Source: Alphaproteobacteria bacterium
Lineage (GTDB): Bacteria > Pseudomonadota > Alphaproteobacteria > SP197
DNA: 64,000 bases
NCBI GenBank assembly: GCA_016869675.1
Contig: VGDP01000010.1
Location: 5,090-69,089, forward strand
Direction of reading: 5' to 3'
Every line of letters starts with the position of its first letter. The stretch's first letter is position 1. The notes under the pieces are model-generated. The model made no database searches, had not been told where the DNA came from, and saw only the letters and a list, made by a program, of their open reading frames with translations. A program made the translations under genes and the position numbers. Positions 21,256 through 30,246 of this stretch are shown piece by piece.

Positions 21256-22335
21256 ATGAATGAGCCTGGCCAGCGCCTGTCGCGCAAGGGTCGCGGCGCC
21301 CTGACCAACGCGACCAACCGGTTCGAGCGGCACGTGCACGTGGCCGAGGACGACGGCTGGGGCTCATTGGACGATGACCTGCCGCCGCTGCGCACCACCG
21401 TGCAGGCCGACACGACGCGCACGATCATCGCACGCAACCAGTCGCCCGACATTCCGTTCGACCGCTCGATCAACCCCTACCGAGGCTGCGAGCACGGCTG
21501 CGTCTACTGTTTCGCGCGGCCGACCCATGCGTATCTCGGGCTGTCGCCCGGGCAGGATTTCGAATCGCGTCTGTTCGCGAAGCCCAACGCCGCGGCGCTG
21601 CTGCGCGCCGAGCTGGCGCGGCCGGGCTACCGCTGCCGCGTCATGGCCATGGGCACCAACACGGATCCCTACCAGCCGATCGAGCGCACCTGGCAGGTGA
21701 CGCGCCAGGTGCTCAAGGTGCTGGCCGAGACCGAGCATCCCGTGGGCATCGTGACCAAGTCGGCGCTGATCCAGCGCGACATCGACATCCTGGCGCCCAT
21801 GGCGGGGCGCGGGCTGGCCAAGGCGTTCGTGTCGGTGACGACGCTCGATCGCGAACTCGCGCGGCGGATGGAACCGCGCGTGGCCGCGCCCGAACGCCGG
21901 CTCGAGACGATCCAGGCACTCGCCGCCGCCGGCATCCCGACCGGCGTGATGTTCGCGCCGGCGATCCCCGGGCTCAACGACCATGAGATGGAGCGCGTGC
22001 TCGAGGCGGCGGCCCAGGCCGGCGCCACCATGGCGGGCACGGTGCTGATCCGCCTGCCGCTCGAGATCAAGGACTTGTTCCGCGAATGGCTCGAGACCCA
22101 CGTGCCCGACCGCGCCAAGCGCGTCATCACGCTGATCCGCGAATGCCACGAAGGCAAGGACTACGTGGCCGAATTCCGCCGCCGTCAGGTCGGCACCGGA
22201 CCAATCGCGCAAATGCTGAACCAACGCTTCAGGCTTGCGGCCAAGCGCTACGGCCTCGACGGCGATGCCGCCACGCTCGACACCACGCGGTTCCGCCCAC
22301 CGCGCGCCGACACGGCCCAGCTCAGCCTGCTGTAA
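21256..22335 (+). CDS. radical SAM protein (SplB-like/COG1533, PA0069-type)
   Basis: CEHGCVYC CxxxCxxC motif near residue 77. About 360 aa. Divergent from the GT2 operon with only a 43-nt spacer. Confidence 0.75.
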   Translation: MNEPGQRLSRKGRGALTNATNRFERHVHVAEDDGWGSLDDDLPPLRTTVQADTTRTIIARNQSPDIPFDRSINPYRGCEHGCVYCFARPTHAYLGLSPGQDFESRLFAKPNAAALLRAELARPGYRCRVMAMGTNTDPYQPIERTWQVTRQVLKVLAETEHPVGIVTKSALIQRDIDILAPMAGRGLAKAFVSVTTLDRELARRMEPRVAAPERRLETIQALAAAGIPTGVMFAPAIPGLNDHEMERVLEAAAQAGATMAGTVLIRLPLEIKDLFREWLETHVPDRAKRVITLIRECHEGKDYVAEFRRRQVGTGPIAQMLNQRFRLAAKRYGLDGDAATLDTTRFRPPRADTAQLSLL

Positions 22336-22354
22336 CGCGGGGGCCCCGCCCGGT

Positions 22355-22948
22355 TTACGCCGTCTCGCGCGTCGAGGGGTTGCCGATCATGTTGAGGAAT
22401 TCCTTGCGCGTCGCGTCGTGGGTGCGGAACGCACCCAGCATCCGGCTGGTCACCATCAGCACGCCGGGCTTGTGCACGCCACGCGTCGACAGGCAGTGGT
22501 GCGTCGCCTCGACGACCACGGCGACACCCTTCGGGTTCAGCGTGTCGTTCAGCGTGTCGGCGATCTGGCTGGTGAATTTCTCCTGGATCTGCAGACGCTT
22601 GGCGTAGATTTCGACCAGCCGCGCCAGCTTGCTGATACCGACCACGCGGGCGCGCGGCAGGTAGGCGATGTGCGCCTTGCCGATGATCGGCGCCATGTGG
22701 TGCTCGCAGTGGGATTCGATGCGGATGTCGCGCAGCACCACCATTTCGTCGTAGCCGTTGGTCTCCCCGAAGGTCTTGCCCAGCACCGACGTCGGGTCCT
22801 CGGCGTAGCCGGCGAACCACTCCTCGAAGGCGCGCGCCACGCGCCCCGGCGTCTCGAGCAGACCTTCGCGGTCGGGGTTGTCGCCCGCCCAAGCCAGCAG
22901 CGTGCGCACCGCCGCCTCGGCGTCGGCCCGCGACGGCCGTCGCGCCAT
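22355..22948 (-). CDS. folE: GTP cyclohydrolase I
   Basis: Motifs [19 protein letters not shown] and [15 protein letters not shown]. Start at MARRPSRAD; the ORF-track start at 23137 is an upstream extension. Confidence 0.9.
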   Translation of the reverse strand: MARRPSRADAEAAVRTLLAWAGDNPDREGLLETPGRVARAFEEWFAGYAEDPTSVLGKTFGETNGYDEMVVLRDIRIESHCEHHMAPIIGKAHIAYLPRARVVGISKLARLVEIYAKRLQIQEKFTSQIADTLNDTLNPKGVAVVVEATHHCLSTRGVHKPGVLMVTSRMLGAFRTHDATRKEFLNMIGNPSTRETA

Positions 22949-23057
22949 GGCCTTGCCGCGCGCCTTGCCCGAGGCCGCCTTGAGCCCCGCAGCCCTCTCC
23001 CCTCGTGCCACGATGATCCTCCGTCGATGAAGCGGGGCCCGGCCGGGCCCCAACGCG

Positions 23058-23450
23058 TCAGTTGATCTGTCTCCCGTGATGGGGACTGTCAAGGGAGAAG
23101 GTCGGGATCTCCACGTCGAACGCCTCGCCCTTGTCACTGGTCATCGCGTAGCTGCCGCCCATGAACCCCGAGGGTGTCGCCAGCGGCGTGCCACTGGTGT
23201 ACTCGAACGCCTGGCCGGGGGCCAGCACCGGCTGCTCGCCGACTACGCCGGGGCCGCGCACCTCGTGAAGCCGGCCGTTGCCGTCGGTGATGCGCCAGTG
23301 CCGCGTCAGCAGTTGCACGGTCTCGCCGCCATCGTTGGCGATGCGCACCTGGTAGGCCCAGACATAGCGGCCGCGCGACGGCTCCGACTGGTCCTCGAGG
23401 AAATGCGGAACCACCGTGACGGTGATGCCGCGCGTGGTCTTGCTGTACAT
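23058..23450 (-). CDS. apaG: ApaG (DUF525) protein
   Basis: Conserved across its full 130 aa (ITVTVxPxFLxDQSxPxxxxYVWAYxVxIxN...TxHWxITDxxG). Confidence 0.85.
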   Translation of the reverse strand: MYSKTTRGITVTVVPHFLEDQSEPSRGRYVWAYQVRIANDGGETVQLLTRHWRITDGNGRLHEVRGPGVVGEQPVLAPGQAFEYTSGTPLATPSGFMGGSYAMTSDKGEAFDVEIPTFSLDSPHHGRQIN

Positions 23451-23529
23451 GGCCTGCGCCGACGTGAGGTTGATGACCGGGGGCCGGAGTATCGCGGCGG
23501 GGACGCCGGAATGTCCAGCGCGCGCCGAT

Positions 23530-24486
23530 TCAGGTGCGGCTGCAGGACGCGCCGCCCAGCACGCAGAAGCGGGCGCAGTGGGGGTGGTTCAGGGCGACCG
23601 TGTCGGCGGCCCCGCGCAGGGTCGTCCCCAGATCGAAGCGCGGGTCGTGGGGCAGCAGCGTGCACGGCACGACCTTGGCCGTGGCCTCGCCCTTGCGCCG
23701 CACCACCATGCGCGAACTCGCGCACATCACGTCCGAGGGGGCCTTGCGCAGGATGCCCCAACACGCCTCGGTGATTTCGGGCACGTCGAGCCGCGCGTCC
23801 ATCTCGGGGAACAGCACCAGGCGCGCCGGGTCGCCGGCGTCGAGATCCATGCCGAGCCCGGCGAACAGGCGCGCGAAGCCGGCGCGCAGCGCGTCCTCCG
23901 GCTCGCCCCACACAGTGCGGCCCGCCACGTGGGTGTTGAAGCCGTTGGCCGCGAGCCAGGCGAGCCCCGCGATGGTCGGCTTCCACGTACGCGGACCGCG
24001 CACCCGCTCGTGGCGCTTGCGCGTGTAGTGATCGACCGAGACGCGGATGACAAGCCGATCGCCATGGCGGCCGCGCAGGTCCAGCAGACGATCGGCGCAC
24101 TTCATCATAGGGCGCATGGCGTTGGTCAGCACCAGCGCCTCGAAGCCGCGCTCCAGCGCATCCTCGACCATGGTCATGAACCACGGGTTCATGAAGGGCT
24201 CGCCGCCGGTGAAGCCGATCTGCCGCGTCGGCCAGCCGAGCGCGCAGATCTCGTCGAGGAAGGCGCGGACCTCCGCCGCGGTCAGATAGACCAGGGTGTC
24301 GTTACGCGGGCTCGATTCGATGTAGCAGTTTCGGCACGTCAGGTTGCAAAGCGTGCCGGTGTTGAACCACAGGACGTCGAGGGATGCGAGGCGCACCCGC
24401 GCGCGCCGCTCGCCCTTCGCCGTCGTCTGCGGATCGCGAAACTTCGCCGGGTCCAGGCCCCGCGCGATCGGCGTGACGACGTTCAT
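23530..24486 (-). CDS. radical SAM/Cys-rich domain protein (TIGR04167 family; ArsS-like)
   Basis: CNLTCRNC CxxxCxxC motif. C-terminal Cys-rich tail VVPCTLLPHDPRFDLG...HPHCARFCVLGGASC. Start MNVVTPIARG. Ends at a TGA stop. Confidence 0.75.
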   Translation of the reverse strand: MNVVTPIARGLDPAKFRDPQTTAKGERRARVRLASLDVLWFNTGTLCNLTCRNCYIESSPRNDTLVYLTAAEVRAFLDEICALGWPTRQIGFTGGEPFMNPWFMTMVEDALERGFEALVLTNAMRPMMKCADRLLDLRGRHGDRLVIRVSVDHYTRKRHERVRGPRTWKPTIAGLAWLAANGFNTHVAGRTVWGEPEDALRAGFARLFAGLGMDLDAGDPARLVLFPEMDARLDVPEITEACWGILRKAPSDVMCASSRMVVRRKGEATAKVVPCTLLPHDPRFDLGTTLRGAADTVALNHPHCARFCVLGGASCSRT

Positions 24487-24571
24487 GGCTGCGGGTCCCG
24501 CGCTGCGACCCGTTCGGTTTAGCGCAGGCCGGCCCGCGATGGAAGTCACAAAGGCGTGGCGGATCCGTGGG

Positions 24572-25207
24572 TCAAGGGGCGCGTTTGTCGCCGGTGACCA
24601 TGGCGCGCGCTGGGTTCTCGCGGTGGGCGAAGCTCGCCAGCGCAACCCCGGCGACGTGGGCCAGGACGAGGATCAAGGAAAGATTGGCCAGGACCTCGTG
24701 CAGTTCGCCCATGGCGCCGCCTTCGCCACCTTCTTCCCGTTCCCCGTCGTCGCCGGACTCATCGACCTCATCGTCATCGTCGTCGGCCAGGGCGTCGACG
24801 ATCACGAGGCCGAGCGCGGCGCCCTGTTCGGCGTTCTCCTCGGCCGCCAGGCCCGTGCCGACCGTCAAGGCGAGCGTGACCAGCAGGGCCACGACCATGG
24901 CGCCGCCCGCCGGGCTGTGACCCAGGTGGCGCGGCGCGCGAAGGGTCGCCAACTCCAGGGCGTAGCGCAGCACCGCCGCGGGCCGGTAGACGAAATCGGC
25001 GAAGCGTGCGTCGCGCGGCCCGATGAAACCCCACGCGATGCGGACCGCGACGATGGCGCCGACCGCGTAGCCGGCGGTTTCGTGCACCGCGCTGCTCTCC
25101 TCGGCGCTCAGCCACGCGATCACGTACGCGACGACGAGCAACCAGTGAGCCACGCGTACGAACGGATCCCAGACGCGCACCAGCCCGGCCTGGCGCTCGG
25201 TGACCAT
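24572..25207 (-). CDS. cytochrome b561 / Ni-Fe-hydrogenase-type b cytochrome family membrane protein
   Basis: [15 protein letters not shown] motif with a haem-ligand His in TM1, and four TM helices. Contains an unusual acidic loop, [27 protein letters not shown]. Confidence 0.55.
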   Translation of the reverse strand: MVTERQAGLVRVWDPFVRVAHWLLVVAYVIAWLSAEESSAVHETAGYAVGAIVAVRIAWGFIGPRDARFADFVYRPAAVLRYALELATLRAPRHLGHSPAGGAMVVALLVTLALTVGTGLAAEENAEQGAALGLVIVDALADDDDDEVDESGDDGEREEGGEGGAMGELHEVLANLSLILVLAHVAGVALASFAHRENPARAMVTGDKRAP

Positions 25208-25274
25208 GGCGGACGCTCCGTTGTGGACGAAGGCGCATCTCGTCACGACGCCAGCGCGTCGGCCTTGATGCAGG

Positions 25275-25991
25275 TCAACCCTTGCGGCGGAACCGGCGGT
25301 AAACGACCGGGGCGAGGGCGAGTGCCGCCAGGCCGATCATGGGCAGGACGACCTCGGGCGTGAGCAGGCTGGCGGCCGAGAACGCGGCGCCGGATTCCAG
25401 AACGCTGCCGATGCCGGCCCCGACCGAAGCGATAACGAAGGTGGCCGGGATGATGCCGATCAACGTGGCGGCCGCGTAGGTGCGCAGCGGCACGCCCAGG
25501 AACGCCGGTGCGATGTTGACGACGAAGAACGGGAACAGCGGCACCAGGCGCAGCACCAGCAGGTAGTTGAAGGCATCCGTGCGGAAGCCCGCCGCCATGC
25601 ACGCGAACCACGGCCCGGCGCGGCCGCGCAAGGGCTCGCCGAGGATGCTGCGCGCGATGACGAACACGCCGATGGCGCCGACGGTGGCGCCGATCACGGT
25701 CAGGCCCGTGGCCAGCAGGGTGCCGAACAGGAACCCGCCGGCGAGCGTCAGCACCGTCGCCCCAGGGATGAACAGCGAAACCGACGCCGCGTAGAGCACC
25801 ACGTAGAGCAGCACGGCCAGCGCTGGCTCGCGGGCGACGAAGCCCACCAGTTCCGCGCGGTGCGTGCGCAGGGACTCGAAGCCGAGGTGCGCGTGCAGGT
25901 CGAAGGCGAACACCAGGACCGCGAGGATCGCGAGCGCGAGCGCGGGCCAGGCGCGCCGCCAGGTGAGCCGCGGCGCCGGGGCGGCGGTCAT
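25275..25991 (-). CDS. TVP38/TMEM64 (DedA-like) family membrane protein
   Basis: Start MTAAPAPRL. Multi-TM protein with the DedA core motif ([17 protein letters not shown]). Overlaps the stop of the upstream reductase. Confidence 0.7.
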   Translation of the reverse strand: MTAAPAPRLTWRRAWPALALAILAVLVFAFDLHAHLGFESLRTHRAELVGFVAREPALAVLLYVVLYAASVSLFIPGATVLTLAGGFLFGTLLATGLTVIGATVGAIGVFVIARSILGEPLRGRAGPWFACMAAGFRTDAFNYLLVLRLVPLFPFFVVNIAPAFLGVPLRTYAAATLIGIIPATFVIASVGAGIGSVLESGAAFSAASLLTPEVVLPMIGLAALALAPVVYRRFRRKG

Positions 25992-27409
25992 CCCAGTCGT
26001 CCCAGCAGGCGCACGAGGCGCTTCGACCCGGGGCCGAAGACGCGCGGCGCGAACCACGCACCGGCGGCACGCTTGCCTACCTCGACGAGCGTCGGGTAGG
26101 GGGCGATGGCCTGGGCCATGGCGCCCATGCGCAGACACGCGTGCATGGCCAGCACCCAGGGCTGCAGCAGGTCGCCGGCGCGCGGCCCAACGATCGAGGC
26201 GCCCAGGATGCGCCCGTTGGGCGTGGCGACGATCTTGGCGAAGCCCTCGGTGTTCCGCTCGGCAATCGCGCGGTCGACATGGTCGAAGCCGTGGGTCGCG
26301 ACCCGCACCGCGTGCCCCGCGGCGCGCGCCGCTGCCTCGGTCAGGCCGACATGGGCGAGCTCGGGATCGGTGTAGGTCACCCACGGGATCGCGGCGCCCC
26401 GCCGCGCGGGGATGCGGAACAGCGCGCGCTTCAGCACGATCCCGGCGTGGTACGACGCCGTGTGGGTGAACAGCGGGCCGCCGGTGACGTCGCCGATGGC
26501 GAAGACGCGGCGGTTGGTCGTGCGCATCCCGTCGTCGGTCACGATGCCCTTGGCGTCGCGCTCGATGCCGGCGGCCTCAAGTTCGAGGCCATCGACCACG
26601 GGCACGCGGCCCGTGGCGACCAGCAGATGCGAGCCCTCAATGCGTTGCTCGGCGCCCGCGATGGCGACGACCACGGCGATGCCGTCGGCGGTACGCTCGG
26701 CACGCTTCGCCTCGGCGCCTTCGTGGACGACCACGCCTTCGGCGACCAGCCGGTCGCGCAGCACGGCGACCAGTGCCGGATCCTCGCGCGGCAGCAGGGT
26801 CAGGCGTTCCAGGATCGTGACCGGAACGCCGAGCCGGCGGTGGGCCTGGGCCATCTCGCAGCCGACCGGACCGCCGCCCAGGATCACCAGGTGGCGCGGC
26901 GCCACGGTCAGATCGAACAGGGTCTCGTTGGTCAAGAACGGCACGTCGGCCAGGCCGGGCAGGGGCGGGATCGCGGCGCGGCTGCCAGTGGCGATGACAT
27001 AGCGGCGCGCACGGATCGTCGTGGCGCCGACCGAGAGCGTGCGCGGATCGAGGAACCGCGCCTGGCCGCGCACGACCGTGACGCCGAGGCCCTCGTAGCC
27101 CGCGGCCGAATCGTGCGGCTCGATCGCGGCGATGATTGCGTGGACATGGCGGTGGACCGCCGCGAAGTCGACGGTGGCCGGGCCGGCGCGCACACCAAAG
27201 CGCGCGGCGCGGCCGACCTCGGCGGCGGCGTGGGCCGCGGCGAGCAGCGCCTTGGACGGCACGCAGCCGGTGTTCAGGCAGTCGCCGCCCATGTTGTGGC
27301 GCTCGACCAGGACCGTGCGCGCGCCCGCCTGGCTCGCGCCGTAGGCGACGCTGAGGCCGCCGGAGCCCGCGCCGATGACGCAGATGTCGGTGTCGATCAC
27401 GTCGCCCAT
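25988..27409 (-). CDS. class I pyridine nucleotide-disulfide oxidoreductase (mercuric reductase/dihydrolipoamide dehydrogenase-like)
   Basis: Motifs ICVIGAGSGG (FAD), GGDCLNTGCVPSK (redox-active disulfide) and VILGGGPVGCE (NAD). C-terminal dimerisation domain present. Confidence 0.8.
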   Translation of the reverse strand: MGDVIDTDICVIGAGSGGLSVAYGASQAGARTVLVERHNMGGDCLNTGCVPSKALLAAAHAAAEVGRAARFGVRAGPATVDFAAVHRHVHAIIAAIEPHDSAAGYEGLGVTVVRGQARFLDPRTLSVGATTIRARRYVIATGSRAAIPPLPGLADVPFLTNETLFDLTVAPRHLVILGGGPVGCEMAQAHRRLGVPVTILERLTLLPREDPALVAVLRDRLVAEGVVVHEGAEAKRAERTADGIAVVVAIAGAEQRIEGSHLLVATGRVPVVDGLELEAAGIERDAKGIVTDDGMRTTNRRVFAIGDVTGGPLFTHTASYHAGIVLKRALFRIPARRGAAIPWVTYTDPELAHVGLTEAAARAAGHAVRVATHGFDHVDRAIAERNTEGFAKIVATPNGRILGASIVGPRAGDLLQPWVLAMHACLRMGAMAQAIAPYPTLVEVGKRAAGAWFAPRVFGPGSKRLVRLLGRLG

Positions 27410-27482
27410 GGGCCGGACCTTGATCCGGCCGGGGCCTCACGGGCAAGACACGTTATCGATAGCCGTGGCGCATGGCGCGAGC

Positions 27483-28340
27483 TCACGCGGCGGCTTCCTC
27501 GGCGGCGACGTGGCGTAGGCCCTGCAGCGCGGTCTTGAACCACTCCACGTACTCCTCCGCCGCCGGGTAGACGAGGTAGGCGGTGCGCGTGAACTCGGGC
27601 GAATCGGCAACCCGATGCAGGCGGCCGGCTTCCAGGTGCTGGCGGACCATCGGCAGCGGGAAGTAGCCGGCGCCGCCGTTGGCCAGGATGTAGTCGAGCC
27701 CGAGCGGGCCGAAGTTTACGGTGACCGCCGGGGTCTCCCGGTCCGGGAACGTCTGGCCGTGTTCCGAGCGGAAGTCGGCGCCGAGATCGACCATGACATA
27801 GCCGTCCTCGGCGTTGGCGCCATGGCCCTTGTCGGTGGCGACCATGACGATGCGTTCCACCAGCACGCGCTCGACGGCGACATGCGGCCGGGGCGGAGCG
27901 TTGTAGAGCAGGCCGATGTCGACCAGACCGACGGTGACGTGCTCCATCACCGTCTCGGGGAACCCGACCTCGGCGCGCAGCGCGACGTCGGGCACGGCCG
28001 TGCGCATCCACGGCAGCCAGCGAACCAGCAGCCGTTCCCACAACCCGAACTGCGCGCCAACGTTCAGCGCCGCGCGATAGCCCGACGGCAGGGCGATGTC
28101 CTGGCGCGCCTGCTGCCAGGCCCTGACCATGGTCAGAGCGTACTGGTTGAAATGGTGGCCCGCGGCGGTCAGGTCGGCGCCCACCTTGCTGCGCCGGAAC
28201 AGGCGCTGTCCCAGCAGGTCCTCGAGCGTTTTGATGCGCATCGACACGGTCGACTGGGTGACGTTCAGGCGGTCCGCGGCGCGCTTGAAATTGCCGGTTT
28301 CGACCACCTCGAGGAACGTGCGGGCCAGCTCGATATCCAT
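27483..28340 (-). CDS. LysR family transcriptional regulator
   Basis: N-terminal HTH motif LARTFLEVVETGNFKRAADRLNVTQSTVSMRIKTLE. 285 aa. Paralogous to the LysR at 42125..42988. Confidence 0.85.
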   Translation of the reverse strand: MDIELARTFLEVVETGNFKRAADRLNVTQSTVSMRIKTLEDLLGQRLFRRSKVGADLTAAGHHFNQYALTMVRAWQQARQDIALPSGYRAALNVGAQFGLWERLLVRWLPWMRTAVPDVALRAEVGFPETVMEHVTVGLVDIGLLYNAPPRPHVAVERVLVERIVMVATDKGHGANAEDGYVMVDLGADFRSEHGQTFPDRETPAVTVNFGPLGLDYILANGGAGYFPLPMVRQHLEAGRLHRVADSPEFTRTAYLVYPAAEEYVEWFKTALQGLRHVAAEEAAA

Positions 28341-28683
28341 GGTTTCCGCCGATTCCGGGCCGATTTCGCCCGATTGAGCCTCGCTGTCACGGTTGTGGAA
28401 TGGCAGCGGTCATTATCGGTTAGTATATGAGTTTCTTAATGATACGTTAATCGAATTGGCGGGGTTCCCTAGGCCGGTGTCCGACCGGAGACCCCATACC
28501 TTGGAGCCCTCGACGCCGGACCTCGGGAATTGCGCCCAACCCAATGACTCGGTAGTCCACTTCGACAGTTCAACAAATCAAATACCATCCATCAAACATT
28601 ATCGCTTTTCAAATTTCTCGTACTATCGTAATAACCATAGTGCCGGCCAAGTTGGGTCGGCTTCCACTCTGGAGTGACGTAAC

Positions 28684-28830
28684 ATGCCTGCTGCGAAGAA
28701 GTCTGCCGCCAAGGCGGCGAAGAAGCCGGCCGCCAAGGCGGCCGCGAAGAAGGCGAAGAAGGCTGCGCCGAAGGCCCGCGCTGCTCGCTCGACCGCGAGG
28801 AAGGCTGCGCCGAAGGCGCGCAAGATGTAG
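28684..28830 (+). CDS. small Lys/Ala-rich histone H1-like protein (48 aa): MPAAKKSAAKAAKKPAAKAAAKKAKKAAPKARAARSTARKAAPKARKM
   Basis: ATG preceded by GGAG at a 9-nt spacing. The ORF falls below the 60-aa cutoff of the ORF track and was found by eye. AKK/KAA repeats are typical of bacterial H1-like and AlgP-like basic proteins. Located in an AT-rich island. Confidence 0.45.
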   Translation: MPAAKKSAAKAAKKPAAKAAAKKAKKAAPKARAARSTARKAAPKARKM

Positions 28831-28981
28831 TTCCGTAGCGTTCGGCACGGGGTCGCCCGACGCGAAGGTGGGCGGCCCCGTCGTCGTTTTCGGGCCCTGG
28901 GTCGCGGGCCATGGCGCCGGCGCAATCGCCCGGCCCCCGTACTTGATGTCGTCCCGCCGCGCCCCTATAACCGACGGCGCT

Positions 28982-29055
28982 GCGGGTATGATGTAATGGT
29001 AGCCTGTCAGCTTCCCAAGCTGAACGCACGGGTTCGATTCCCGCTACCCGCTCCA
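28982..29055 (+). tRNA. tRNA-Gly (anticodon CCC)
   Basis: The 7-bp acceptor stem GCGGGTA/TACCCGC pairs perfectly. Anticodon stem TCAGC/GCTGA with loop TTCCCAA. T-loop TTCGATT. Discriminator T followed by an encoded CCA. Confidence 0.8.
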
Positions 29056-29125
29056 CGGCCCACGCTGATCAAGCCCCGATCGTGTGCTAGGGTTCGCCCG
29101 TCATGTTGAGGAACGGGAGTGCGAC

Positions 29126-30235
29126 ATGCAGGTTCGCGCGGCGGTGGCACACAAGGCGGGCGCTCCGCTCTCCATCGAGACAGTCGAGCTCGACGGCCCG
29201 CAGGCGGGCGAGGTTCTGGTCGAGATCAAGGCGACGGGGGTCTGCCACACCGACGCCTACACGCTGTCAGGCGCCGATCCCGAGGGCCTGTTTCCCGCGA
29301 TCCTCGGGCACGAGGGCGCCGGCGTCGTGGTCGACGTGGGCAAGGGCGTGACCAGCCTGCGCAAGGGCGATCACGTCATCCCGCTTTACGTACCCGAATG
29401 CCGGGTGTGCGATTACTGCACGTCGGGGAGGACCAACCTCTGCCAGTCGATCCGCGTCACCCAGGGGCGCGGCCAGATGCCCGACGGGTCCAAGCGCTTC
29501 CGCATCGGCAAGGAGCCGCTGCACCACTACATGGGCACGTCCACCTTCGCCCAGTTCACCGTGGTGCCCGAGATTTCCCTGGCCAAGGCGCGCGCCGACG
29601 CGCCCTTCGACAAGATCTGCTACATCGGCTGCGGCGTCACCACCGGCATCGGCGCGGTGATCAACACCGCCAAGGTCAAGCCGGGCTCGAATGTGGTGGT
29701 GTTCGGCCTGGGCGGCATCGGGCTCAACGTCATCCAGGGCGCCAAGATGGTTGGCGCCGACATGATCGTGGGCGTCGATCTGAACCCCAAGCGCGAGGCG
29801 CTGGCGCGCAAGCTGGGCATGACCCACTTCGTCAACCCGAAGGACGTCAAGGGCGACGTGGTCGCCCATCTGGTCGAGCTGACCAACGGCGGCGCCGACT
29901 ATTCGTTCGAGTGCATCGGCAACGTGCAGACCATGCGCCAGGCGCTGGAGTGCTGCCACAAGGGGTGGGGCGAATCGACCATCATCGGCGTCGCCCCGGT
30001 GGGCGCCGAGATCGCCACGCGCCCGTTCCAGCTCGTCACCGGGCGGGTATGGCGCGGCACCGCGTTCGGCGGCGCCAAGGGCCGCACCGACGTGCCGAGG
30101 ATCGTCGACTGGTACATGGCGGGCAAGATCAACATCGACGACCTGATCACCCACACCATGCCGCTGGAGAAGATCAACGACGCGTTCCACCTGATGCACG
30201 AAGGCACATCGATCCGCAGCGTCGTGACGTTCTGA
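29126..30235 (+). CDS. frmA: S-(hydroxymethyl)glutathione dehydrogenase / class III alcohol dehydrogenase
   Basis: Zn-ADH motifs GHEGAGVV and CHTDAY. Structural-Zn cysteines CRVCDYCTSGRTNLC. Motif GLGGIGL. 369 aa. GGGAG RBS. Confidence 0.9.
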   Translation: MQVRAAVAHKAGAPLSIETVELDGPQAGEVLVEIKATGVCHTDAYTLSGADPEGLFPAILGHEGAGVVVDVGKGVTSLRKGDHVIPLYVPECRVCDYCTSGRTNLCQSIRVTQGRGQMPDGSKRFRIGKEPLHHYMGTSTFAQFTVVPEISLAKARADAPFDKICYIGCGVTTGIGAVINTAKVKPGSNVVVFGLGGIGLNVIQGAKMVGADMIVGVDLNPKREALARKLGMTHFVNPKDVKGDVVAHLVELTNGGADYSFECIGNVQTMRQALECCHKGWGESTIIGVAPVGAEIATRPFQLVTGRVWRGTAFGGAKGRTDVPRIVDWYMAGKINIDDLITHTMPLEKINDAFHLMHEGTSIRSVVTF

Positions 30236-30246
30236 AGCGCGTCGCC

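Noticed and set aside
23530-23532. TGA stop of the rSAM/Cys-rich (selenodomain-family) gene as a possible selenocysteine codon.
   Set aside because: Sequence after the TGA translates to Arg-rich nonsense and runs into apaG in another frame. All Cys positions of the C-terminal domain are already encoded as Cys.
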